Of a stretch of DNA of 64,000 bases, positions 49,463 to 60,731 are shown in pieces. The stretch is taken from contig OY729428.2 in assembly GCA_963422375.2 (NCBI GenBank), positions 1,088,001 to 1,152,000 on the forward strand, in the 5' to 3' direction. A model generated the notes under the pieces. That model saw only the letters and a list, made by a program, of their open reading frames with translations. It had not been told where the DNA came from and did no database searches. Source of the DNA: Bryobacterales bacterium. GTDB lineage: Bacteria > Acidobacteriota > Terriglobia > Bryobacterales > UBA6623. Made by a program: the position numbers and the translations under genes. How positions within the stretch are numbered: the stretch's first letter is position 1; every line of letters starts with the position of its first letter.

Positions 49463-51388
49463 ATGCATTCATCCCGTCCCGGGCAAGCGGCTAGTCTCGC
49501 CACGGCGTGCCTGCTGGTCTCGGCCGGCACCCTCCTGGCGAAGTCCAACGGTGCGCCGAGCGGCCACACGGGCGGCCCGTTCCCTGGCGAGCAGAGCTGC
49601 ACCGTCTGCCACGGCGGCTCCGAGATCAACTCCGGGAGCGGCACGCTCGCGATTTTGGTCGACGGCGCGCCCGCTTCGGAGTACCGGTACACGCCTGGCG
49701 AGACCGTGTCGCTGATCATCAATTTCAGCGACCCGGACGCGCAGCGCAGCGGCTTTCAGGTCACCGCCCGCTTTGCCGACGAAGGCTGCGGCCAAGCCGG
49801 CAGCTTGGCCCCCGGCCCCTCCCCGAGCACCTCCCCCGTGAAGATGGTCAGCGGAAGCTGCGGCGCCGGCAACGTGCAGTGGGCGACGCAGCGCAGGGCC
49901 GCGAGCGGATCCTCGGCCACCTGGGACGTAGCGTGGACCGCACCGAGCGAGGACATCGGGCCGGTCACGTTCGCCGTCGCCGCGAACGGCGCGAACGGCA
50001 ACGCGTCGACCTCGGGCGACAGCATCTACCAGATCCGAGCAACGGTCGAACCGGAGGCGGCAGCCGCGCCGCCGGCGATTTCCGACGCGGGAGTCGTGCT
50101 CGCGGACCTGCGCAGCGCGACAGCGAAGGGCGCTCCGAACGCTTTGGCGACCGCCCGCGGGTCGGGTTTCGCGGCGGCGACGGTCGTGGGCTCAAGCGGC
50201 GTCTTGGAGGCGGCAGGAAGGGTCAGCACGGTTCTCGAGGGCTCGTGCGTCGAAGTCAACCAGCAGCGGGCCCCGCTCGTCCGTATCGCGCATGACGAGG
50301 CCACCTTCCAGATCCCGTCGGCGGCCGGCCTCGGGGCGGCCACGGTGCAGGTCATCCGGGGCTGCGACACGCCGGAGGGAGCGCGCAGCAACAGCATCGC
50401 GTTCCCGATCTCTGCCGCGCAGCCGGTCCTGTTCCAGTTCTCCGAAGAGGACGAGGGCACGTCGGCGCTACTGCCGGACCTGTCGCTGGCCGCGCCGGCC
50501 GCCGACACGGGCACGCTGCGGCGCCCGGCCCTGCCGGGCGAGGTAGTGACCTTCCTCGGCACGGGATTCGGATTGACGGCACCGCCGCTTGAGACTGGCG
50601 AGATATCGCCACTGCCGCGACGGCTCGCGACGGCCAGCATCCGCCCGATGATCGGCCAGTTCGAGGTGCAGGCCGACCACATCCTGTACGCCGGTGCGTC
50701 TCCGGGCTTCGCCGGCTTGTACGAGCTGAGCCTGCGCCTCCCGGACAACGTACCCGCCGGCTCCCATGCGTTCGGCGTGCTGGTCAACGGCGTGGCCTCC
50801 GCGACGGGTCCGAAGCTGGAAGTAGGCGCGCTCCCAGCGCCTCCGCCGGTCACCGGCCCGACTACCGAGGTCGAGTGCGCGGTCGGCTTGGTCGTCAAGC
50901 CCGGCGGGCGCTGCACGGCAACGGTCGCCGGGATCGAAGCCTCGTTCGAAGTGCACGCGACGACCGGCCAAGGCTGCATCGCGGCCGGAGCGGTGAGCAC
51001 TTGCGATGCCTCGAAGCTAGCGGCCAACGGAGCCGAGGCGTCGAAGAATGCCGACGGCAGCTGGACACTTCACAAGATGCCGACAGCCCCGCCTCCGGAT
51101 AAGCCGGCGACCGACGAACCCGTCACCTGCAACAAGGACATGGTGCTCGGGCCGGGCCAGAGCTGCAACGCAACGGTCGACACACCCACTTTCGGCGTGA
51201 TCACCGGCCGCTTGGACGTTGACGCGGGCGGCAACGCGTGCGTGGAGGCGCTGCAGGGCTTGATCAAGGCGTGCGGCATGAAGGACATCAACGCCAACCT
51301 AGGCATCATTGGGGGCGAGGTCAAGGACAACGGCGACGGCACGTGGACTATTACCAAGCTGCCTCCGCCGCCGGAACCCTCGCCGTAA
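49463..51388 (+). CDS. Secreted multidomain protein: Reeler-like domain with CxxCH, TIGR03437-like domain and two Cys-rich C-terminal repeats
   Basis: SCTVCH, GFQVTA, WTAP, NGANGN...GD.IY; PGEVVTFLGTGFG...YAG.SPGFAGLY; two repeats ending DG(S/T)WT..K.P. Confidence 0.78.
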   Translation: MHSSRPGQAASLATACLLVSAGTLLAKSNGAPSGHTGGPFPGEQSCTVCHGGSEINSGSGTLAILVDGAPASEYRYTPGETVSLIINFSDPDAQRSGFQVTARFADEGCGQAGSLAPGPSPSTSPVKMVSGSCGAGNVQWATQRRAASGSSATWDVAWTAPSEDIGPVTFAVAANGANGNASTSGDSIYQIRATVEPEAAAAPPAISDAGVVLADLRSATAKGAPNALATARGSGFAAATVVGSSGVLEAAGRVSTVLEGSCVEVNQQRAPLVRIAHDEATFQIPSAAGLGAATVQVIRGCDTPEGARSNSIAFPISAAQPVLFQFSEEDEGTSALLPDLSLAAPAADTGTLRRPALPGEVVTFLGTGFGLTAPPLETGEISPLPRRLATASIRPMIGQFEVQADHILYAGASPGFAGLYELSLRLPDNVPAGSHAFGVLVNGVASATGPKLEVGALPAPPPVTGPTTEVECAVGLVVKPGGRCTATVAGIEASFEVHATTGQGCIAAGAVSTCDASKLAANGAEASKNADGSWTLHKMPTAPPPDKPATDEPVTCNKDMVLGPGQSCNATVDTPTFGVITGRLDVDAGGNACVEALQGLIKACGMKDINANLGIIGGEVKDNGDGTWTITKLPPPPEPSP

Positions 51389-51807
51389 GCCCTTACGACT
51401 CATTGCCAGAGGCTCGATCCGGTTCCTGCACGACGAGTGGCAGGCGGTGACCGGGCCGAGGAGCGACTGGACATTGACGCGCGCATTGGACGACGAGCCA
51501 AGCGCACGTTGAGCGCTGGATGCCTCAGAGCGGCGTTTCTCGCCCACCGCTCCCCGTTCGAACCGATCGCGCGTCGGTCGCTCGGAGACAATCCTCGACC
51601 GTATCCTTTCCGCGCCTGACGGTCCAGCGTAAGTCTATCGGGTCAAGACCGTGGGCACGCGACGCGATTCTGGTATAGTCGACGCGGACGAGAATGGTAT
51701 TGGCTGGGCTGCGGTCATGGGTGAAACGTCTTTGGCCTTTCACAAGGAAACCCCCATCGCCTGCAAGCCCCGTCTCCTAGGATCCCGTTTCCGAACCTTC
51801 GCCGACC

Positions 51808-54006
51808 ATGGCGGGCTCGCACTCCGAGCAACCACAGGCAGGAGATACTCCCCGCGATGGACTTTCCGATAGTCAATCTGAGACCGGGCCACTGGTCAAT
51901 AAAACCAGGCCTGCCGAGTCGAGCCCCACTCCTGCCGAACCTCCATCCGATCACGCCGCTCCCGAAAACGAACATCCTTGCCCGACCGACGATGCCGACG
52001 ATCAAGTTCCGCTCGATTCGGAAGGAACCGAACCCCACGAGACGTCCACCGGCGCCCCACCAGCCGATGACGACGGGCAACACTCTCCACCGAAAACCGG
52101 CAACTTCCGGGAAAGCGGCAACCCGGACGGCAGTAGCGGGAGCAATGCGAGCGCAGGTAAATCACCGAATACGAATCGCACCGGGAGACGAGGCCGACAG
52201 TCCGGCAATCCGGGATCGGAGCGCCGAGAATCTCCATCATTCCGCCCTGGACTGATTTGCCGGTTAAGTTCCCGCATCCGCGATATGGGAGGTCTTCCTG
52301 TTCGAGGACGAGCGGTGGCCGGTGGCGGCGGTGCGTCTCGGAGACACTCCTCTGGAAGTCACAGGCCGACGCTGCCGTCTCCCTTCGCTCAGCGGCTGCC
52401 TGAGCGTTTTCTTCCGGGACGGACAGGAACGCGCCGTTCCGCTGTTCGAGGGCGAGCCCTTGATCTTCAAGCTGCGTAAGAACTGGACGGGCGAGGGGCG
52501 CAGAATCGCCCGGACTACGACCGGTCACTTCATCGTCATCGCGCCGCATACGTGGGAAGGGACGGGGCATGCACCGGTTGAAGCGCACGGTTGTGCGGAT
52601 CCGGCATTCCGGGCACACTATTTTCACCGGGACCCAACTGCGTCGGACGGGAACGGCGACGGATTCCGCGAGTGGAGTCCTTTCCTGTCTGCCGCAAGCA
52701 TCGAACTGACCGGGCACCGCATCTTCGACGATTCGAGCGACGAAGATCTCTTCTTTGGCGACCCGCCCGGTCTGGAATCCTCACCGGAATTTGAGTGGTC
52801 GCGGGTCAGAGAGGAGGCCGAACACGGATAGGGACAGAACTTCCGGCCCGACCGGGAGTCTCTTCCGGAAGTTCTGGCTGGCAGAGAAGGCCGCTCTTAT
52901 CTCCGCGGTTACGACCCGGAAGTCAGCCTGCTCGACAGTGTGGCGTTCCGGTATGTGCGCAATTTGAGCCGGATCGAAGTCGATGGGTCGGAATATGCTC
53001 AAGACACGGTGCTCGTGCCGACGAAGACGGGCTATCCGCGCACGCAGGTACGCTTCATCGGCACCGATGGCACATCACGTACTCCGGTACTACTGCCGGC
53101 CGAAGCACACCAAGCCATAGCGCCGTCGGGCGCGGTCATCGTTCCGTCGCACCCGGACGCGGACCCAATAAAGTGCAGTCTTGGATCGGGCGGCGATACC
53201 GTGAACATCGTCCTGAACCTTCCCCGAATCTGGTGGCGGCTGGAGGACGGACGGCCCCGTACGGACGAGTGGCGCGACACGCAGCTCGTCATGACACGTG
53301 AGGAGTTCAAGAACCACGCCTACGCGGGAGCGAGGCTCTCACTCTTGTCGAAACGGGAGGCATCGGTTCGCGCAGGGTTCGACGATGAACCGGGCCAAGA
53401 GTACAGCCGAACAATCGAGGAGAAGCGCATCGCGATTCCCCTAGCACACTTCGTCGACCACGCTCAGATCGACCGGAGACTGAGCGTCGATGCGCATTTC
53501 AACGTCGAATGGGCCGGAGAGATTGTCCCGCTCATGGTGATTCGCGCCGACCCCATACCCGAGATCGTGTCCTTCACCGCGGAACCGGAGGCGGTGTTCG
53601 GCGGTCAGGAGGCGATTCTGGAGAGTGGACGACCCGGAACGCCAGCGAAGCCCTCGTGGCCATAGATCCAGACATAGGCGTGGTCGGAAGCAATGGAACC
53701 TTTACCGTCCGCCCCACTGAAACGACCCGATACGCGCTCACCTTGGCCGTTTCCGACACCAACGATATCTGCAGGACCGTAACGGTTAGCGTCGATTCGC
53801 TGCCTGGGTCCGGAAAGCGACCAGCCGCTCGCGTTATGTCTACCGGAGGCGGATGGAGAGTCGGTAAGGGGTTCAGTCGCCTTGAACTCAAGAGCGTCGG
53901 CCTGACAGTGCCGGAGGCAGCGGATCGTTCGATCCCCGTTGACAGGCGCCGGCAAACCTCACACCGGGTCAACGTAGATGCAATCAGGAGCATGCTCGAT
54001 GCCTGA
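51808..54006 (+). pseudogene. Decayed large protein upstream of the helicase (DruH-like position), ending in an Ig-like domain and an eL13-like domain
   Basis: Four ORF pieces join through a frameshift near 52280, a TAG at 52829 and an AG duplication near 53622. C-terminus is RVGKGFSRLELKSVGL...IPVDRRRQTSHRVNV. Confidence 0.7.
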
Positions 54007-57000
54007 GATCGACATTCGGGATTGGCCGGAGAGAGTCCGGGAACGCTATGAGAACTACCTAGTGCCCGTGACAAAACTCGTATGCCCTTGACAACAAAGG
54101 CGTTAGGTCCAATCTCTCAAGGCGAAGATTTCGCTGGAATGCTACGACTAATCCGAAATCCTGGCGATTCTGGGTAGAGCGCGGAAATCTTCGCGATTGG
54201 CGGCTGAGCAACTTCCGACCTTGGGCCCTATATGTTGTGTTTGGAGATCCATCCGACATCAGGATGTAGTATGAAATGCTGATCAGGCCAGAATTCAGGG
54301 GTTTTGTCACAAGCACTACCTAAAGACCTCCTTCTACTTCAAGGAACGCCCCCTCCGGTCATCCTTCGAGAAAGCCCTGCGCAAAGAGGGAAGACTCCTG
54401 AAGGGGCCTTTTCCGGAACGCCACCGTGGGTTCGCGACAGGCATGGCCGCGCGGGCGCTGGCGGCCGAGTGTTTCCGCGGCGGGGCCGAGGGTCTCTTGC
54501 CAGCGCTGATCGACGGCCCGTTGTATACGCATCAAGAACGCGCCATCCGCACCACGCATGTCGAAGCACTGAACGTGGTGGTCGCCACCGGCAGCGGCAA
54601 AACGGAGAGCTTCATCTACCCCGTCTTGTTTGAACTCTACCGCCAGCATCTCGCCGGAGAGCTCGAAGAGCCGGGGGTGAGGGCCATGATTCTCTACCCG
54701 ATGAACGCGCTCGCGAACGATCAGCGCGAGCGTCTGGGCAAGATCTGCAGGGACTTGAAGGAGGCCGGATCCGAATTTGAACCGACATTCGGGCAATACA
54801 TCGGCCAGACGCCGGAGAATGCCGGGGACAGACGGCGCTATGCCGCCGCACGCTATGAAGCTTGCTTGCCGGGGGAGCTTGTCTTTCGCGAAGAGATGCG
54901 CCGGTTCCCGCCGCATGTCCTGCTGACCAACTACTCCATGCTGGAGTATCTTCTCATCCGTCCCGACGACAGCCTTCTGTTCGACGGCGGGCGAGGCACG
55001 CATTGGCAGTTCGTCGTGCTCGACGAGGCGCATCAGTATCGCGGCGCACGGGCATCGAAATGGGGATGCTGGTCCGGCGCCTCAAGCAGCGCCTGCGCGA
55101 CGGGGGACGGCAAGATCCGTTCCGATGCATCGCCACCAGCGCGACGATTACCACCAGCCAGGACGACGAAGACAGGCAGGCGGTTGCGGAATTCGCGAGA
55201 GAACTTTTCGGGGAGCCCTTCTCAGGACGCGCTATCGTCTTCGGCGAATCGCGTCCGTCCGGCGACGATGGAGCTCCCCGGCGCTTCCACGCGTTTCTCC
55301 GCGCACTTGAAGGCGCCTTCCTCGTTCACCAAGAAGACGCGGATACCGTGGTGCTCAATCGAAAGAGCGAGGGCGGACCTGGCGCGGCCGGGAAGCCCTT
55401 GGAAATCGCGCTCTGTCGAGAGTGCGGCCAGCATTACTATGTCGGCCGGGAACATGGGGGTCGGTTGCGAGAGGCCGTTCGCGATCCGAGCGATCCGGGT
55501 TTCGGTGTCGATTACTACCTTCCGACGGACGATGGAGACCATTCGCCATGCAGACACTGCGGCATCCTGTCAAGGTCCACGCCCGGCTGCGACTGCGGTG
55601 CAACGATTCCGGTGATGAAATGCGACTCCGACGCACAGAAGCCCGACCAACTAAAGCGGTGCGAGTTCTGTGGCTATCGGCGCGGCGGGGTCGGCGATCC
55701 CGTTCAGGAAATCGTGCATGGATCGGACGGGCCGAACTCCGTGATCGCGACCGCCCTTCACGAACTGCTTCCGGAAGGCCGGCGCAAGGTTCTCGCTTTC
55801 GCCGACAGCCGCCAGGAGGCGGCGTTCTTCGCTTGGTACGCCGAGGATTCCTACGAAAAGCTACGCGACCAAAACTTCATCCTGCGGGCCATTAAGTCCG
55901 AACCCGTAGCTGAGGAAGGGCTGTCCATCGACGACCTCCGGAACCGCCTGCTCCGGCAGTGGGACGAGGCCGGGCTCTTCAGCGAAGCGGATACACGGGA
56001 GCAGCGAACCCGCCGTGTTCTCACGTCCATCCTGCGAGAGGCGTTGACCGAGGAGAAGAGACTGTCCCTGGCCGGCGTCGGCTTGGTCAGATGGTTCATC
56101 GCACTGCCCCAAGACCTGCGTATGCCGGGCATTGTGGGGCGCTCGCCATGGAATTTCACCGAGATCGAGGCGCGCGCGCTGGTCGGCTACCTGCTGAACG
56201 AGATGCGTCAGCGCCGCGCGATGAGCCTGCCCGGGGGCGCCGATACGCCGCCATGGAACGACATCTCACCCTGGCCGCAAGAGGCATTCGGGAACGCGCC
56301 GCCGAAAAGTCGACGCCACATCGTGCAGTGGGACGGCCCCCAATCCGCGATCGTCAGTCACTTCCTTCGAAGGCTCCTCGCGCATAGCGGCCTGTCCAAG
56401 GACAGGAAGCGATGCGCGTCGACGGAACTGATGACGGCGTTATGGCGCGCATTGCGCGAATATACCGACGATCCCGTACTAAAGCCTGCGAAGGTAAACG
56501 GCACGTTCCATCTCGATTCGCGCTGGCTCCGGATCAAGCCCGCCCGCCTCGACGATGTCCGGGAGTGCGACACCTGCGCCACTCTTGCGAACCACGACGT
56601 TCGAGGCGTCTGCCCCCGAAACAAGTGCCCAGGCACGCTCTCGCCGGCCCGTCGCGACCACCCCGACGGGAACCACTATCGAATCCTCTATGAGAGTTCT
56701 GGATTGCCCCCGGCTCTGCGCGCGGAAGAACACACCGCTCAGATCGATGCCGACGAGGCGCGCAAGAGGCAGGAGCGCTTCAAGACCGGCGAAATCCACC
56801 TCCTAAGCTCCTCCACCACGTTCGAGGTCGGCGTCGACCTTGGCGACTTGGAGTCCGTGTTTTTCCGCAACGTCCCCCCGGAATCGTTCAACTACGCTCA
56901 GTGCGCCGGTCGGGCCGGTCAGCGGGACACACCCGGGCTGGTGCTGACCTACTGCCGCCGAAATCCCCACGACCTCTATCACTATGAGAGTCCCGTCGAC

Positions 57001-58059
57001 CGAGTGATCGAGGGTGCGATTCATCCGTCGCGCTTTCGCATGACGAACGAGAAAATCTTCCTGCGGCACATGGTCGCCGTCGCCTTGGCTGAATTCTTCA
57101 AGAAAGACACTGTCAGGTTCCAGAACATCGAGACCTTTGTCGGTGACCGGCATGCACCTCAGGCGAGAAGCGACCTTTTCACATTCTGCGAAGATAACGG
57201 TGCGTTGAAGGAGACCATGTTCCGCATCGTTCCGGAGAACATGCATGGGCACATCGGTCTCGAGGACGAAGCTTGGATTGTCAACATCGCCGGCAAGAAG
57301 AGCCGCCTTGCCTTGGCAGAGACGGACGTGTGCGCGGACTACACTGAAATGGAGGCCCGTCCCAGGCAATGCTTCGAGCAGGGCAGAGATAGCTGGGTCG
57401 GGCGCATCGGCAAGCGCATGAAGACCATCGCGGAGGAACGGACGCTCAATTTCCTTTCCCGAAAGGCCGTCATTCCAAAGTACGGATTTTCGGTGGATGT
57501 CGTGGAGCTCGATGTCCGTTCCACCGATGGACAAGCGACTGGCGTCGCGCTCCAGCGGGACCTGTCGCAGGCGATCGCCGAGTACGATCCCGGCGGCAAG
57601 GTGGTTGCCAACAAGCTCGAGTGGAAGTCATGGGCGTCAAGGCGGTTGCCGGCAAGGCATGCCCGGTGCGCCATTACCGTTACGACGACGCACGCAACTT
57701 CAAGCAATGGAACGAAGGCAATGCAGAGGCACGACCGCATGAACGGAAGTACCTCATTCCCGAGTTCGGCTTCGTGACAGACCTATTCTAGAAACCCTCC
57801 GAGCCGAAGGGACGGGCGCGCCGCTTGTACACAACGCGGCCATTCTTCAGGGGGTTCGAGGAGCAGCCTACAAGCAAGACCATGTTCGGCGGCGTGCAGA
57901 TGACGCAGGCCGTACCCGGTATGCTAGTCATCCTTTGCGAAGGCAGGAACCGGGAGGGCTTCTACATCTGCCGTTCCTGCGGCAGACACATGGCCAAGCC
58001 GCAGGTAGCCCACAAATCTCCGTCGGACTCCGACTGTACTGAGGGGCGCAAAAGTCTTT
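53999..58059 (+). pseudogene. DEAH-box helicase with Zn ribbons (Druantia DruE / DUF1998-helicase-like), disrupted
   Basis: GSGKTESF, YPMNALANDQ, LTNYSMLEY, DEAH, FADSRQEAA, EEHTAQ, STTFEVGVDLG, QCAGRAG. Disrupted by a MITE at 54060, frameshifts near 55050 and 57630, a stop at 57789, and ends at the IS1595. Confidence 0.85.
54060..54318. mobile_element. 259-bp MITE, copy 2
   Basis: Same terminal repeats as copy 1; flank TACCTA duplicated; removing it restores ...ERYENYLKTSFYF. Confidence 0.92.
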
Positions 58060-58990
58060 CCTGATTACCCACAAGACTCAGCCAAGGTTAGGAGGCGGTA
58101 AGGCATGGGTGAGGTGCGCACGGAGGCGTGGAGCAGGCGGGGGACCAGCGCCTCCAGGTCGTAGCGGCGGTTGAAGCGGTAGCGGAACTCGGCGAGGTAC
58201 CGCGGCACGTGCTCGCAGCCGGCGCCGGCCACGCCCCGCAAGCAGGCCGGGCCGTCGGAATGCACCTCCGTGCCGGGCTGCAAGTGCCGCCCGGCCCACG
58301 CTGCCAGCGTCTTCTTGCGCAAGCCCGCCACGCTGCTCAGGCGCATCCTTGCCGGCTGGCCGGCGGCGGTGACCTGCACGGCGGCGACGAACGGCGTCTT
58401 GCCCGCCGCGCCGCGCCCGCGCTTGCCGCCGCTCCGCTCCCCGCCCCAGTAGGCCCCAGTAGGCGTCGTCCACTTGCACGATGCCGTGCAGCGGCACGCG
58501 CTCGTCGCGCTCCTTCAGCACTGGCAGGAGCTTGTGCTGCACCTTCCAGGCCGTGTCTTCCAGGCCGTGTTCCGGCTGACCTCCAGCTGCCGCGCCAGTT
58601 CCAGCGACGAAACGCCGTGCTGGCCCTGCGTCAGCGGGTGGATCGCCGGGAACCAGACGGTCAGCGGCAGCTTGGTGGCGGCCAAGATCGTGCCGGCGAC
58701 GAGGGAGGTCCGGCGGTGGCAGGCATTGCACTGCCGGAGCTTGCGGGAGCGGATGCGGCAGTGCCGGCGGGAGCCGCACTCCGGGTAGCGGAAGCCGTCC
58801 GGCCAGCGGGCGTTGAAGACGGCGTGCTCGCATGGCCCCTCGCTGCCGTAGCGCTGCAGGAACTTGCCCAGGCTGAGTCCCTTCTGGAATTGCACGCGAT
58901 TGCGTTTCATCTGCTATCTCCTTTCATATCATAGATTTCTAACCTCCTTCAGTATAGCATATCCTCGGCTGACGTTCGTTGGTAATCAGG
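58060..58990 (-). mobile_element. IS1595-family element (defective, internal deletion)
   Basis: Ends CCTGATTACC...GGTAATCAGG; transposase with Zn ribbon, VQVDDAY, HSDG and YLAEFRYRFNRR, frameshifted. Confidence 0.9.
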
Positions 58991-59222
58991 AAATATTTTC
59001 GGATCGGCCAGGCCAGAATGTACTGGCAACTGGGTTCCCAAGAAGTCTGCTAAGAAGGAGATATTCCAAATTCAAGTACGCAATATACTGTGTAGATAGT
59101 TACGGTATATCACAATATAAAGGCCTAAGTTCGAGAATTCAAGACTCTATCTCTGCGCTGCTATGATGACAGCCTGAATCGGAAGTCGACTGAGTATGGC
59201 CCGTATCTTGGGAAAAGACTTT

Positions 59223-60265
59223 CCTGATTACCAACGAATGTCAGCCGAGGATATGCTATACTGAAGAAGGTAGGAAGTCTCTGATAAGAAAGGAGATAGC
59301 AGATGAAACGCAATCGCGTGCAATGCCAGCAGGGACTCAGCCTGGGCAAGTTCCTGCAGCGCTACGGCAGCGAGGGGCCATGCGAGCAGGCCGTCTTCAA
59401 CGCCCGCTGGCCGGACGGCTTCCGCTGCCCGGAGTGCGGCTCCCGCCGGCACTGCCGCATCCGCTCCCGCAAGCTCCGGCAGTGCAATGCCTGCCACCGC
59501 CGGACCTCCCTCGTCGCCGGCACGATCTTCGCCGCCACCAAGCTGCCGCTGACCGTCTGGTTCCTAGCGCTCCACCTGCTGACGCAGGGCCAGCACGGCG
59601 TTTCGTCGCTGGAACTGGCGCGGCAGCTGGGCGTAAGCCGGAATACGGCCTGGAAGACACGGCCTGGAAGGTGCAGCACAAGCTCCTGCAAGTGCTGAAG
59701 GAGCGCGACGAGCGCGTGCCGCTGCACGGCATCGTGCAAGTGGACGACGCCTACTGGGGCCTACGGGGGCGGGGAGCGGACCGGCGGGCAAGACGCCGTT
59801 CGTCGCCGCCGTGCAGGTCACCCAGGTCACCGCCGACGGCAAGCCGGCAAGGATGCGCCTGAGCAGCGTGGCGGGCTTGCGCAAGAAGACGCTGGCAGCG
59901 TGGGCCGGGCGGCACTTGCAGCCCGGCACGGAGGTGCATTCCGACGGCCCGGCCTGCTTGCGGGGCGTGGCCGGCGCCGGCTGCGAGCACGTGCCGACCG
60001 TCACCGGAGGCGGGCAGCGGAGCTGCGCGGATTCCCGCTTCGTCCGGGTCAGCAGGATGCTGGCGAACGTCAAGCAGTCCCTGGCGGGAACCTGCCATGC
60101 GCTCGACGGCAAGCACCTGCCGCGCTACCTCGCCGAGTTCCGCTACCGCTTCAACCGCCGCTACGATCTCGAGGCGCTGGTCCTCCGCCTGCTCCACGCC
60201 TCCGTGCGCACCCCGTCCATGCCTTACCGCCTCCTAACCTTGGCTGAGTCTTGTGGGTAATCAGG
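59223..60265 (+). mobile_element. IS1595-family element (defective), inverted copy
   Basis: Same ends and near-identical frameshifted transposase in the opposite orientation. Confidence 0.9.
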
Positions 60266-60266
60266 A

Positions 60267-60731
60267 TTCGTTATCAAGGACGAAATCGAATGGGTCGGCG
60301 TGATCCGGACGAAAACAGGGCGGCATCGTTTCGAGCGTTGTCCGATAGTGAAGTTTCGTGGTCTTGAATGGCCCGTCCCTGTCAAGAGTCTGGGAGATGG
60401 CCCGAAGCGAGTATTCTCGTTAGGCATAGCTTTGGCGAATGCTTCGAATAGATTCCTGCTGATCGATGAAGTCGAGAATGGGATACACCATTCTTCGCAA
60501 CTCTCCTACTGGAATATGATTTTCTCGCTAGCGCGGCGCAACTCAATCCAGATTATTGTAACGACACACAGTTACGATGCCGTTGTCGGTTTCGCTCGGA
60601 CTGCGAGAGAGTATGAAAGCAAAGACAGTGCATTTATACGGCTCCAAAGGAAGAATGGTATTCTCAGTACAATAGAATACTTTCACGAGGAACTGATGAC
60701 GGCTACAAAGTACGAAGTTGAAGTCAGGTAG
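60267..60731 (+). pseudogene. C-terminal fragment of an ABC-type (AAA_15/AAA_21-like) ATPase
   Basis: SLGDG, LLIDEVENGIH, TTHS and terminal EVR; the Walker A half is missing and the fragment abuts the IS1595 end. Confidence 0.8.

Noticed and set aside
53821..54006. A genuine ribosomal protein gene or archaeal contamination
   Set aside because: The domain is in frame with an upstream Ig-like module, in a bacterial context with no ribosomal operon.
58991..59222. Cargo gene of a composite transposon
   Set aside because: Only 232 bp with no recognisable coding frame, and the outer flanks are not direct repeats.
59640..59770. Compensatory frameshifts (+14 and +10 = +24) restoring the IS1595 transposase
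   Set aside because: A stop at 59696-59698 lies between the two duplications.
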